Source of the DNA: Candidatus Sulfomarinibacteraceae bacterium
GTDB taxonomy: Bacteria; Acidobacteriota; Thermoanaerobaculia; Thermoanaerobaculales; Sulfomarinibacteraceae
Assembly (NCBI GenBank): GCA_963796455.1
Contig: CAWCLO010000010.1
Coordinates: forward strand, 448,001-512,000
Direction: 5' to 3'
DNA: 64,000 bases
Shown: positions 52,822-62,626 of the stretch, piece by piece
Position numbering within the stretch: position 1 is the first letter of the stretch
Layout of the letters: each line of letters starts with the position of its first letter
Notes under the pieces: generated by a model
Told to the model about the DNA's origin: nothing
Seen by the model: the letters and a program-made list of their open reading frames with translations, nothing else
The model's database searches: none
Made by a program: the position numbers and the translations under genes

Positions 52822-53676
52822 TCAGCCGTCGAGGGCATCCGAGGCGTGGCGGGCAAGAGTCAGCAAGGCGGACCCGACCGGCAGCACCAGCGCCGCCACC
52901 ACCTGCAGCACGAGCATCGACGGACTCATGTCGATGGCGGCCAGACCGAGGGCCTCGGTCATCCGCGACAAGGACACCACGGTGGCAAGGGACGCGACGA
53001 CCGAAAGCACCCCGGCAACCAGACCCGGAATCGCCACTGCGAAAAGGAAGGGCCCGCGAATCGTCCGTTCCGTCGCCCCGACGAGGCGCATGATCGTGAT
53101 CTCAGCTGAGTGCCGATAGAGTTCGAGGTGAACCCATACTGCTGCCAACAAAACAGCCCCTGCCAGCAACATGCCGCTGAGGATTGCGGCCACCAATGCC
53201 AGGCGACGTGCCACACGACCGAGGATCTGATCGATTGAGGTCAAGGGCCCGACGGCCAGGACCTCGCGACGGCCATTCAGTACCGCCACGCCTTCGGGTT
53301 CGGCGGTCACGATCTCGATCAACGGCGGCACCGAGGTGTCGCCCGAAATTACCAACTCTTCGAGGTAAGGAAACCATTGGGTGAGGCGTTGGGCGAGATC
53401 GTTCGGCGACACTTCGACAATATCCCATTCGGGATGTGCCGCAGCCTGGTCGCGAATCCAACCGGCTCGTTGGCCCGGATCGAGCTGTGGGTGGAGAAGG
53501 ACCGCCACGGTGCTTGTCCGGTTCGAGAGTCCAGCCATCGGGGTCAACCACCTATAGACGCTCAGTCCCAAACCGGCCAGAGAAATCGGCACCGCCAGCG
53601 CGAGGGCGAGAATCAGGCTCACCCCGGCGCGCTGCCGCAACAACAACGAGCCCTCGGCAAGGGCGTGTGGGATCAT
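52822..53676 (-). CDS. ftsX: Cell division permease FtsX
   Basis: Four TM helices; EITIMRLVGAT..IRGPF; ATGA overlap with ftsE. Confidence 0.85.
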   Translation of the reverse strand: MIPHALAEGSLLLRQRAGVSLILALALAVPISLAGLGLSVYRWLTPMAGLSNRTSTVAVLLHPQLDPGQRAGWIRDQAAAHPEWDIVEVSPNDLAQRLTQWFPYLEELVISGDTSVPPLIEIVTAEPEGVAVLNGRREVLAVGPLTSIDQILGRVARRLALVAAILSGMLLAGAVLLAAVWVHLELYRHSAEITIMRLVGATERTIRGPFLFAVAIPGLVAGVLSVVASLATVVSLSRMTEALGLAAIDMSPSMLVLQVVAALVLPVGSALLTLARHASDALDG

Positions 53677-54341
53677 GGCGGCCACATCCCGTCAAAGTGG
53701 ATCTGGCCCTGATGAAGAACCAGGGTGCGAGCCGGAATGGACTCGAGGATCGCGTGATCGTGGGTCGCGACCATGACTGTCGCTCCTTGATAGTTGATGT
53801 CACATAACAGGCTCAGGAGCTCTGACGCGAGATCAGCATCGAGATTCCCCGTCGGTTCATCGGCCAGGATCAGGCGGGGTTGATATGCCAGGGCTCGCGC
53901 GATCGCGACCCGCTGTTGTTCACCGCCCGAAAGAGCATCCGGCAGTGCCGCCTTGCGGTGTTGCAGACCGAGTCGTTTCAGGACCTGGAGGGCCCGGTGT
54001 TGGGCCTCACGCGCCGCGATGCCGTGGATACGAAGGACAAAGGTGATGTTTTCCAACACCGATTTTCTTTTCAGGAGCTTAAAATCCTGAAAGATGACCC
54101 CGATCTTCCGGCGCAGGAGCGGCAACCGTGCCCGCGACAGTTCGTCGACCCGTCGTCCGGCAACCCAGACCTCACCATCGGTCGGCATTTCCGCGGCATA
54201 GAGGAGGCGGAGCAGGGTCGTCTTGCCGGCGCCCGACGGTCCGGTGAGAAAAACGAACTCACCCGCTTCGACCTGGAGATCGAGACCGCGCAGAATCTTG
54301 CGGCCATCGTAGTTCTTGGAGACGGAGCGTAGGCGAATCAC
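53673..54341 (-). CDS. ftsE: Cell division ATP-binding protein FtsE
   Basis: FLTGPSGAGKTT, LRRKIGVIFQDFKLL, LSGGEQQRVAIARA, ADEPTGNLD. Confidence 0.93.
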   Translation of the reverse strand: MIRLRSVSKNYDGRKILRGLDLQVEAGEFVFLTGPSGAGKTTLLRLLYAAEMPTDGEVWVAGRRVDELSRARLPLLRRKIGVIFQDFKLLKRKSVLENITFVLRIHGIAAREAQHRALQVLKRLGLQHRKAALPDALSGGEQQRVAIARALAYQPRLILADEPTGNLDADLASELLSLLCDINYQGATVMVATHDHAILESIPARTLVLHQGQIHFDGMWPP

Positions 54342-54440
54342 GGGCTCAAGCGGCCGGAGACACAATCTTTTCGATAACCGGTTTGTCTCTCACAGCACCC
54401 CCGAGGCTCGAATTGTATCATTGGGTAGAATGCCATTTCG

Positions 54441-55193
54441 ATGATGCAAGAAAAGAAGACCTCGTGGCGCAAGGACATGATCGGCCGGCAAACCGTGCTG
54501 ATGACGGACGCCCCGAGGAGCAGGATGGTTTTCGGAATCGGCCCGCCATCGAAGCAAGATACTCCGGAGCATCGTATGCAGGGCGTTCTTGCAGCTCTCC
54601 TTCCGGCGATCACAGCCCTCAGATGGGGCCAGCAGATCCACGGTCGATTGGTGGCCTCGATCGCGGCCGAGCCCGGATCTCCTCTTGAAGGGGTCGCGTG
54701 TGTCGGTCGCTGCGACGCGCTGATCACCGCCGATGAGGGCATTGGCCTGGCCGTATGGACCGCCGACTGCGTTCCCCTTTTGATGGCGGGCGACGGCGTC
54801 GTGGCGGCCGTACACTCGGGCTGGCGGGGCACCGCATCCGACATCGCCGGCGCGGTCGTCCAGCGCTTTCGAAACGAATACGGAGTACCGCCATCCGATC
54901 TTCGGGTGGCGATCGGGCCGTCCATCTCGGGGCCGCGCTATGAGGTCGGGACGGAGGTCATCGAGGCCCTGCAACAGCACGGCATCGACGAGTCCTTGTG
55001 GCGCGATCAGCAAACGGTTGATCTCCGCTCCTTCTTGGTGGAACGGTTGCGGGCCCTCGGCATCGAAGCCTCCGCGATCGACCTGGTCGGGGGCTGTACC
55101 GCGGAGACGCCGGAGTTGGCGTCGTTTCGTCGCGATGGTGAGGCCGCCGGACGCCAATGGTCGCTGATCTACAACCCGGCTTCGGAAGTCTGA
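54441..55193 (+). CDS. pgeF: PgeF/YfiH (laccase-domain) protein
   Basis: QIHG, DALIT, TADCVP, HSGWRG, IGPSI...YEVG, SFRR. Confidence 0.9.
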   Translation: MMQEKKTSWRKDMIGRQTVLMTDAPRSRMVFGIGPPSKQDTPEHRMQGVLAALLPAITALRWGQQIHGRLVASIAAEPGSPLEGVACVGRCDALITADEGIGLAVWTADCVPLLMAGDGVVAAVHSGWRGTASDIAGAVVQRFRNEYGVPPSDLRVAIGPSISGPRYEVGTEVIEALQQHGIDESLWRDQQTVDLRSFLVERLRALGIEASAIDLVGGCTAETPELASFRRDGEAAGRQWSLIYNPASEV

Positions 55194-56227
55194 CGGGCCC
55201 GGAGCTGCCCACACGCCGCGGCGACATCACTGCCGCGGGACCAGCGAACCGTTACCGTGATGCCTTCGTCCCGAAGGGCCTCGCCAAAACGGTTGATGGT
55301 TTCATCGTCCGGGCGACGAAGCTCTGGAAAGTGCTCGGGGTCTTCGTTGAGCGGGATGACATTGATCTTTGAGGGGATGCGCCGCATCAGCTTGGCGACG
55401 GTTCGGGCGTCGTCTATGCTGTCGTTGAATCCAGCGATCACGACGTACTCGAAGGTAATGCGACGTCCGCGCTCGAGCGGGAACGACCGCAACAGAGCAA
55501 AGAGCTCATCGAGAGGGTACTTGCGGCTGATCGGCATGATTTGTTGCCGTCGTTCCTGGTCGGGTGCATTGAGAGAGAGCGCGAGCTTTGGTCTTTTGTC
55601 GAGCCCCGCGAGCCACCGAATCCCGGGGGAGATGCCAGCCGTCGACACCGTGATCCGCTTCAAGCTCACCCTCTCGGACAAAACATCGAGAGCGTGACCG
55701 AGGTGCGTGGTGTTGAGCAGAGGCTCGCCCATGCCCATGAACACGAGGTTGACCCGTTCCACATCGGAGTCGAGATCGCGCAGCATGATCCGGTACTGGC
55801 CGACGATTTCGTGTGGTCTCAGGTTCCGACCGGCACCAAAGGCCCCGGTCACGCAGAAGGTGCAGCCGACGGCGCAGCCCGCCTGGGACGAAAGGCAGAA
55901 GGTGGCCTTCAATCCTTCACGCATGGCGACCCCCTCTACCGTTGCCTTTCCGTCGAGGCCGAAGAGGTATTTTCGCGAACCGTCGGAGCTCTTGTCGACG
56001 TGCAAAACGGCCGGCTCGGTGAGGCGGAAGCCTTTCTCCAAACTCGATCGCAACTCGAGTGAGAGATCGGTCATCTCCGAAAAGGTCGATGCGTTGCGGT
56101 CGATCACCCAGCGCGCGATCTGTCGTCCACGGTATGCCCTGTCCACATGTCCGGCGACCATTTCGACAATTTCGGTCGTTGTCCTACCGACGAGATTGGT
56201 GGCTTCGCCGGGCGTCACGGCGGTCAC
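55169..56227 (-). CDS. rlmN: Dual-specificity RNA methyltransferase RlmN
   Basis: CLSSQAGCAVGCTFC radical SAM motif, MGMGEP, AACGQL. Confidence 0.96.
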   Translation of the reverse strand: MTAVTPGEATNLVGRTTTEIVEMVAGHVDRAYRGRQIARWVIDRNASTFSEMTDLSLELRSSLEKGFRLTEPAVLHVDKSSDGSRKYLFGLDGKATVEGVAMREGLKATFCLSSQAGCAVGCTFCVTGAFGAGRNLRPHEIVGQYRIMLRDLDSDVERVNLVFMGMGEPLLNTTHLGHALDVLSERVSLKRITVSTAGISPGIRWLAGLDKRPKLALSLNAPDQERRQQIMPISRKYPLDELFALLRSFPLERGRRITFEYVVIAGFNDSIDDARTVAKLMRRIPSKINVIPLNEDPEHFPELRRPDDETINRFGEALRDEGITVTVRWSRGSDVAAACGQLRARQTSEAGL

Positions 56228-56592
56228 AGGCGTTCATTTTCGCCGTCTCTCTCGAGCTGGCGTCGGGGCGTTTTATGACCATTTGAACGGTGGCGCCCCG
56301 GCGAGATCCCGAGCGACGCGAGGTATTGTGCGTCGGCCACATCCATACGATATTCCGGATCCATCACATCGCTGCTGACATGCAGCCGCAGGGTTCCGCG
56401 GTCGACCTCCATCGAGCCATCTTCGCCGCAGGCGAGAGAGGCTTCGAGCATCATGACCGCCTGCCAGCCGTCCTCGTGCAGCTCTTCGAGGCACGAACGC
56501 ACATCATCCGACCGGATGACCGACGCGTGGACGGCCTTGCCCAGCTTGCGGAGGAGCTCTTGAAGTCTCTCGGTGCGTTCTTCGTCCATCAT
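56224..56592 (-). CDS. Hypothetical protein
   Basis: SD GGAG before ATG; ATGA overlap with rlmN; plausible composition. Confidence 0.65.
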   Translation of the reverse strand: MMDEERTERLQELLRKLGKAVHASVIRSDDVRSCLEELHEDGWQAVMMLEASLACGEDGSMEVDRGTLRLHVSSDVMDPEYRMDVADAQYLASLGISPGRHRSNGHKTPRRQLERDGENERL

Positions 56593-56704
56593 TCTCCACT
56601 CAATAACCACAAAAAAGCGGTCGCTCTTCCCATCCTACCGGAGTTTGAGGTCACGATGTCTTCGATTGATCCGCCGGTGCACCTTTGTTACCGTGAATGC
56701 GCAG

Positions 56705-57622
56705 ATGGAACAGATACCCAAACCATGGATTCGGCGCCGCCAACTGGCCGGCGATGCCTCCTCCAGGTCGTATTTCAGGCTCTGGGACGGGGAGGGCCAC
56801 ACGGCGGTTCTCGTGTGTTACCCGGAAGCGGACCGTTGGCAACTCGAGCGGGACCTCTTGGTCAGGGCATGGTGCATGGCTCACGGTCTGCGCGTTCCGG
56901 CCCTCGTGACCAGCGAAACTGATCACGGTTGGGCGGTGTACGAAGACCTCGGGCCGATCGATGCCGAGCAATGCCTCCATCAGTCCGATCCGGCCACCAG
57001 ACTCGATCTCGCGCGGCGGGCCGTTCAACCACTGGTGACCCTGGCCGAACTCACGACAAATGACCTGCCGGCGTGGAATCGCCCGCTCGATGAAACCCGG
57101 CTTCGCTGGGAACTCGCCGGTTTCGAACTGTGGTACATCCATCATGATCGCGCCGCCACCGTGACCTCGGAGGTGGGACAGTGGCTCGATGACTTGGCCC
57201 GGGCAGTCGGTACCCACCCTCAGCGAATCTGCCATCGAGACTATCACCTCAACAATTTGTTCTTCGACCAGAACAACGAGGTCGTCGTGATCGACTACCA
57301 GGACATCCTGGTCGGGCCGGACACCTACGACGCCGTTTCGTTGATCTGCGAACGCGGACTTCCTCGCGAACTGTCGGAAAGTGAATGCGCTGAGTTGCGC
57401 CACGACTGGGCCCGGATCACTGCTGCGGCCCCGGGGTGGAGCGATCGTTTTCGGCAGGTGCGGATCCAACGTGGTCTCAAGGTCCTCGGGACATTCGCCC
57501 GTTTGTCGATCTCCGGCGCAGATGGTTATCGGAAATGGATGGTGGATCTTCGTCGAGCCCTCGTTGTCGAGTTGGAAGAAGTTGCGGCACCTGTTGGTGT
57601 GATCGACCTTCTGTTAGACTAG
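56705..57622 (+). CDS. AmgK-like phosphotransferase (APH family)
   Basis: LAGDASSRSYFR, EDLG, CHRDYH..N, IDYQD..GP..YD.VSL, QRGLK.LG.F. Start codon uncertain. Confidence 0.82.
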   Translation: MEQIPKPWIRRRQLAGDASSRSYFRLWDGEGHTAVLVCYPEADRWQLERDLLVRAWCMAHGLRVPALVTSETDHGWAVYEDLGPIDAEQCLHQSDPATRLDLARRAVQPLVTLAELTTNDLPAWNRPLDETRLRWELAGFELWYIHHDRAATVTSEVGQWLDDLARAVGTHPQRICHRDYHLNNLFFDQNNEVVVIDYQDILVGPDTYDAVSLICERGLPRELSESECAELRHDWARITAAAPGWSDRFRQVRIQRGLKVLGTFARLSISGADGYRKWMVDLRRALVVELEEVAAPVGVIDLLLD

Positions 57623-57703
57623 GGCCGCGTAGCGCGAGCGGCTGAAAAACTTCGCTCCGCTTTTCGTGGGGGCCCGGTTCCAAAACCGGGTCAGGAGGTC
57701 CCG

Positions 57704-57889
57704 ATGTTCGGAAGTCTCGGTCTTCCCGAATTGTTGATTTTGCTCGCGATCGTCGTGCTCATCTTTGGTGTCAACAAGCTCCCTCGGCTTGGCAAGGGCC
57801 TCGGTGAGGGCATTCGTAATTTCAAAGACTCGGTGCGATCAGACAAGGGTACCGAGGGAGATGATGGCGAAGAACCCAAAGCCGAGTAG
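57704..57889 (+). CDS. tatA: Twin-arginine translocase TatA
   Basis: [37 protein letters not shown]. Confidence 0.95.
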   Translation: MFGSLGLPELLILLAIVVLIFGVNKLPRLGKGLGEGIRNFKDSVRSDKGTEGDDGEEPKAE

Positions 57890-57959
57890 GCCACAACTCT
57901 CGGTAGATTTGTCCGGCGCCCGGTGAATATGGTCCGTCAAGACCTTTTTCCCCCTTGGT

Positions 57960-59186
57960 GTGGAATATGCGGACCCGCTGCACCCTGATATCCTGAAATA
58001 TATGACCGCTGCCGACCCACCCTCGGTAGATACCGTTCGCTGCATCGCCAGCAACAAGCTGGCGCATTTTCTGCAGCGCGACGCCCGATCGTCGGCCGCC
58101 GAGGGGCTCGATCTCAGGCTCATCTTCCGAAGGCTCCTCGAAAGAGCCAACGACTTTCTGCCCTCGGAAGCCGGCACCATCTACCTCGATGACCCGCTCG
58201 ACCGCGGTGATCAACCCGGCAGCGAGTCGTTGGTGGTGATTGCGAGCTTCGGCCCTAAAACCGAGGATCTCGTGGAGGAGCGCTTCAGCAGCCGTTCCGG
58301 CATCATCGGGGAGGTCTATCGATCCGGTTCGTCCTACGCCGTCAGCAATCCCCTCGAGGACCCGGTCTTTCTCAGCGCCCCCGGTCTGCGGATCGGATTC
58401 AACGTCGATTCCGTGATCTGTGCGCCGCTCGAAGTCGATGGTCAACCGATCGGAGTCATCGAACTTCTCAACCATCGTGGCGGCAGCGGTTACTCACCGA
58501 CCGATATTTCGCTGCTGGGTATTTTTGCCCAGACCATCTCTCTCTCCATCGTCAATGCCATCGACGCACACCAATCCAAAGAAATCGCCAAACGGGATGA
58601 TCTTACTGATCTCTACAACGACCGCTATCTCCACAGCCGACTTTCGGAGATCATCGATACCGCCATCAAAAACGGATTCGACTGCGGGGTCATTTTTCTC
58701 GACCTCGATCACTTCAAGGAGGTCAACGACGCTCACGGCCACATGGTCGGGAGCCGCTTGTTGCGCGAAGTCGGAGCGACTCTCAAACAGATCATCCCGG
58801 GCAATGGGTTGACGGCGCGGTATGGCGGCGACGAGTTTGTCATCGCCCTCCCGGGTGCCGGCCGCCAGGAGACATACTGGGTTGCCGAAACAATCCGCCA
58901 GAACATCGCCGACGCCGTGTTCAGAATCGAATCCGACCCGGAGACCTCAAGTATGGTGGAGACCTTGAGCATCTCGGGCGTCGTGACCTGCTCCATCGGT
59001 CTCGCGACCCTCCAGGCGGATGTTCTGGCAGAGATCGGCGACTCATCCGCCAATACCGACGGAGCCAAGGATATCCTGCTCAGAAAAGCCGACACCTGCA
59101 TGTACGCCGCCAAGGAACTCGGCCGCAACCGCACCATCCCCTATTGGGAACTCAAACGCCGGATGTCGCCCGAAGGTGGGGAGTAG
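57960..59186 (+). CDS. GAF-GGDEF diguanylate cyclase
   Basis: GAF domain (SVICAPL..IGVIEL.N), D.LT.LYN, DLDHFK.VND.HGH..G, RYGGDEF, AD..MY.AK..GRN. Confidence 0.92.
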   Translation: MEYADPLHPDILKYMTAADPPSVDTVRCIASNKLAHFLQRDARSSAAEGLDLRLIFRRLLERANDFLPSEAGTIYLDDPLDRGDQPGSESLVVIASFGPKTEDLVEERFSSRSGIIGEVYRSGSSYAVSNPLEDPVFLSAPGLRIGFNVDSVICAPLEVDGQPIGVIELLNHRGGSGYSPTDISLLGIFAQTISLSIVNAIDAHQSKEIAKRDDLTDLYNDRYLHSRLSEIIDTAIKNGFDCGVIFLDLDHFKEVNDAHGHMVGSRLLREVGATLKQIIPGNGLTARYGGDEFVIALPGAGRQETYWVAETIRQNIADAVFRIESDPETSSMVETLSISGVVTCSIGLATLQADVLAEIGDSSANTDGAKDILLRKADTCMYAAKELGRNRTIPYWELKRRMSPEGGE

Positions 59187-59238
59187 GAACAAGTCGGGAC
59201 CTTCGACGGTTCTCCCGATCGAGAAGAGCGGAGGACCC

Positions 59239-59529
59239 ATGGACCCATCACTTCGAAGCCTTTCGATCGAGCGTGCCCTCGTGGATCAACTCGATGCGAC
59301 CCATGTCGAGATTCAAGACGACAGTGCCCACCACGCCGGCCATCCCGGGGCCGAGGCCGGAGGCGGTCACTTTCGAGTCGTCGTCGTATCTGAACGATTT
59401 CAAGATCTCTCCATGGTGGCTGCGCAACGGCTCGTCTACGAGGCTCTTGGAGAACTCATGACCACGGACATCCACGCCCTTCAGATGCGCACCCTGACCC
59501 CCAAACAGTGGGAGGCGGCTCGAAAGTAA
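59239..59529 (+). CDS. bolA: BolA family protein
   Basis: DDS.HHAGH, HFRVVVVS..F, QRLVY..L, IHAL; SD GGAGG. Confidence 0.92.
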   Translation: MDPSLRSLSIERALVDQLDATHVEIQDDSAHHAGHPGAEAGGGHFRVVVVSERFQDLSMVAAQRLVYEALGELMTTDIHALQMRTLTPKQWEAARK

Positions 59530-59532
59530 CCC

Positions 59533-60729
59533 TCAGGTGGAGACGGCGACCGCGGTTTTGTCGGTTCGAGTGCGGCCGTACTCGGCCACATCGGCAACCG
59601 CATCGATGGCCCTTTCCACATCTTCATCGGTGGTGAAGACGCCTGGTGAGAAGCGAACGGTGCCGTGGTCGTCGAAGGTCCCGATGCCCTCGTGGACCTG
59701 CGGCGCACAGTGAAGGCCGGTTCGGGTGATCACATTGTGTTCGACATCGAGGAAGGTCCCCGCCTGGTCGGCCGGCAAACCATCGATATTGAAGACGAAG
59801 ACCGGCAGATGGTCGTGCTTCATGTCGGCGCAGTAGAGCCTGACTCCGTCGATCTCGGCCAGGCCATCACGGAGTCGGGTCGCGTGACGCATCTCGTGCT
59901 GGTAGACCGCCTCCACACCGCCGCGTTCGGCGATCCAGTGCTGCGCGGCCAGCAGACCGGACACTCCCATGAGGTTGAGCGTGCCGAACTCCATCCTCCA
60001 TGGGTACTCTTTGGGCTGCAACTTGAGCGCACTCATCACACCCGTCCCTCCGGCCCGGCAGGGATGGATCTCGACGTGTTCGGAAATGTACATCCCACCG
60101 GTTCCAGACGGCCCGAAGAGCGACTTGTGTCCGGTAAAGCACACCACATCGATGGACATCGACTGGACGTCGATCGGGATCAGGCCTGCTGTCTGGGCCG
60201 CGTCGATGGCAAAGAGAACACCGCGTTCGCGGCAGATTTTGCCGACCTCGGCTACCGGCTGAATCGTGCCGATGACGTTGGATCCGTGATTCATCACCAC
60301 CAGTTTGGTGTTTGGCCGAATCCGATCCGCGATGGCCTGGGGATCCACATAGCCGCGCTCGTCAAAAGGCACGAAGTCGACTTCGACGCCGTTTTCCCGA
60401 TGCATATACATCGGACGCAGAACCGAATTGTGTTCGAGACAGGTCGTGATGGCGTGGTCGCCGGGTGCGAGCACACTCGAAATCAGCAGGTTGAGCGCAT
60501 CGGTGACGTTGTATGAAAAAACGAGACGGTTACGATCCGTTCCGCCAAAGAAATCGGTCAACGCCTGGCGGGACTCGGTCAAGGTCTCCTCCGCCTCGAG
60601 GGCAAGATCAAAACCGGTCCGCCCCGGGTTGACTCCACGGGTGCTGTAAAAATCGCACATGGACTGGATGACCTCGGGCGGTTTGGGGAAGGTTGTGGCG
60701 GCATTGTCGAGGTAGACATATTCGGACAT
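59533..60729 (-). CDS. Class V PLP enzyme, cysteine desulfurase/selenocysteine lyase family
   Basis: YLDNAATT, EHNSV, HGSNV.G, DAAQ, TGHK and the RTGLHCAP catalytic Cys. Confidence 0.9.
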   Translation of the reverse strand: MSEYVYLDNAATTFPKPPEVIQSMCDFYSTRGVNPGRTGFDLALEAEETLTESRQALTDFFGGTDRNRLVFSYNVTDALNLLISSVLAPGDHAITTCLEHNSVLRPMYMHRENGVEVDFVPFDERGYVDPQAIADRIRPNTKLVVMNHGSNVIGTIQPVAEVGKICRERGVLFAIDAAQTAGLIPIDVQSMSIDVVCFTGHKSLFGPSGTGGMYISEHVEIHPCRAGGTGVMSALKLQPKEYPWRMEFGTLNLMGVSGLLAAQHWIAERGGVEAVYQHEMRHATRLRDGLAEIDGVRLYCADMKHDHLPVFVFNIDGLPADQAGTFLDVEHNVITRTGLHCAPQVHEGIGTFDDHGTVRFSPGVFTTDEDVERAIDAVADVAEYGRTRTDKTAVAVST

Positions 60730-60737
60730 TTCTCACC

Positions 60738-61430
60738 TCACTCCAGTGGTAAATCGATACGGTCGTTGATGAGAGCCCGCAGAATCCGGTCGCGGGACGT
60801 TTGAATCTGTTGACGTACACAGACAATGGCGTTGTCGGGGTTCTCCTGCTCGAGAATCCGGATGAGTTCCTCGTGCTCGGACCGCATCTCGCCGGCAAAA
60901 TCTCCGAGATCGAGCCCGAGAAAGAAGAACCGTTGCATCCCGCCGAGGAGATCCCGCAACGTCGATACGAGGCGTTCGTTGCGCGACAACGATGCCAACT
61001 GAATGTGAAATTCGAAGTTGCGGTCGAGGAAATCGGCGTAAGACTCCCAATCGTCATAGGTGTATTCGGTTCGCGCAAGATCACGGAGCCTCTGCAAGTC
61101 GTCGGCAGTGGCCCGTCTGACCGCAAGCCCCATGGCGTAGGTCTCCAGCACCAGACGGAGGTCGAAGCAATCGCCGATGTCCTTGAGAGAGATCTGGTTG
61201 ACCGAGTAACCCTTGTAGGGCTGGCTGGAGAGCAGACCTTCCTGCTGCAGTCGGCTACACGCTTCACGTACTGGAACCCGGCTCGAGCCATAGAGCGTTG
61301 CCAGTTCGTGCTCGGTCAGCGATGCGCCGGGCATGTGTTTGAGGGTGATGATGTCGCGTTTGAGCGAACGGTAGACATCCTCGGCAACCGTTCGACGTTC
61401 GTTGGGTGAGATCGTGGCGACATTCTTCAC
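60738..61430 (-). CDS. GntR (FCD subfamily) transcriptional regulator
   Basis: VY..LK..I...PG..L.E..LA..YG.SR.PVREA..RL..EG wHTH; FH and EH in the FCD domain. Confidence 0.93.
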   Translation of the reverse strand: MKNVATISPNERRTVAEDVYRSLKRDIITLKHMPGASLTEHELATLYGSSRVPVREACSRLQQEGLLSSQPYKGYSVNQISLKDIGDCFDLRLVLETYAMGLAVRRATADDLQRLRDLARTEYTYDDWESYADFLDRNFEFHIQLASLSRNERLVSTLRDLLGGMQRFFFLGLDLGDFAGEMRSEHEELIRILEQENPDNAIVCVRQQIQTSRDRILRALINDRIDLPLE

Positions 61431-61437
61431 GACCCAA

Positions 61438-61466
61438 ATTGTATACAAAGGGTATACGATCGTCAA
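61438..61466 (-). promoter_or_regulatory. Sigma70 promoter of gntR overlapped by two GTATAC operator-like palindromes
   Basis: Minus strand TTGACG, 17 nt, TACAAT; TTGTATACAA (61439-48) and GTATAC (61452-57) lie within it. Confidence 0.78.
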
Positions 61467-61507
61467 GAAGCGAGGTTTTTTCCCGAATCGAACTCATTGG
61501 GCCGGCT

Positions 61508-62626
61508 TCAAGCCGCTTCGGGCCCGCTCGCAGGTTCCTTCAGAACTCGCCGCACCATGTACCAGACCGTCGCCAATCCGGCCACCAGGAGCACTGCAAA
61601 GAGCACGAAGTTGCCCCACTGCGGCAGCACCACAAAGTCGACCCCGGTCATGGTTGGGGCGAGATACAAGGCCCTGATCTGGTGGCGGGTGATGCTCATG
61701 ATGGCGACCACCAGGGTCATGGTGGCCAGGGTGCCCGTGACGAGCGATGGGTTCTCGAGCGGGTTGCTGACCCGCGACATCATCATGAGAAGACCGATGC
61801 CGAGGAGAATCGCCAGGGTCAAGGGAGCCAGCATGACAACACCACCCGTCATCAAGGACTTGAGCACGGGATTCGGCAGCACCATGAGCAGCACAAACCC
61901 ATCGACGACCTGAAGGATCGTCGTCCACAGGGCCCAGCGCCATGACCAACGCGCGATGGCGGTGTTGGTTTCCACATCGATTCCTTCTCCGGCGCGCCGC
62001 ACCGCCCACCAGGCCGTCATCAGAGCTGAGAAACCGATGCCGGCAAATACAAAATGGAGCAAGCGGGGCCAATAGCTCGGGTCCGCTAACACCGTCCACG
62101 TCCCATCGGCGAGACCGCCCCACATCTCAGGTTGCACGTGGACCAGATGGACCGCTACATGAATCATGGCGATGAGGAGGAACATCACCGCAGAGACGGT
62201 CAGCCAGAGTCCGCCGCCTGAGCCACGAGCCGGAGCGCCACGGAACTTGTAGAGATAGGCCGCGTAATAGCCGGCCGTCAGGAGCACCAGCATGCCGAGC
62301 CAAACGGGCGCCAGCAAGATCGTCGCCGTGTAGAAGGATTGGTGATAGATGACCTGAATGAACAACAGAGGCGCGACCCCGGTGGTGATCGTGAGCGAGA
62401 TCCCATAATTGTTGATCGCCATCAGTCGACCGGAAAGCACGCCGCGAAAGTCGTCGCGCCGACCACCGCTTTTGTGATGCGCAAATAAAGCGAGGAGCGT
62501 GCCGCCCAGGGTGAGATTCATGAAAAGAAGATGGAGAAAAAAGGTGAAGACCAGCAGCACATGAAACAACCACGGAGGACCAGGAATGCCCGCGGCATCA
62601 AGGGCGGGTAGCAGATTCGGGTTCAT
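61508..62626 (-). CDS. Polytopic membrane protein, CydA'-like partner of the bd-like oxidase
   Basis: ~9 TM helices; FFLHLLFMN, TITTGVAPLLFIQ and PRLLH His motifs; ATGA overlap with the upstream cydA-like gene. Confidence 0.65.
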   Translation of the reverse strand: MNPNLLPALDAAGIPGPPWLFHVLLVFTFFLHLLFMNLTLGGTLLALFAHHKSGGRRDDFRGVLSGRLMAINNYGISLTITTGVAPLLFIQVIYHQSFYTATILLAPVWLGMLVLLTAGYYAAYLYKFRGAPARGSGGGLWLTVSAVMFLLIAMIHVAVHLVHVQPEMWGGLADGTWTVLADPSYWPRLLHFVFAGIGFSALMTAWWAVRRAGEGIDVETNTAIARWSWRWALWTTILQVVDGFVLLMVLPNPVLKSLMTGGVVMLAPLTLAILLGIGLLMMMSRVSNPLENPSLVTGTLATMTLVVAIMSITRHQIRALYLAPTMTGVDFVVLPQWGNFVLFAVLLVAGLATVWYMVRRVLKEPASGPEAA

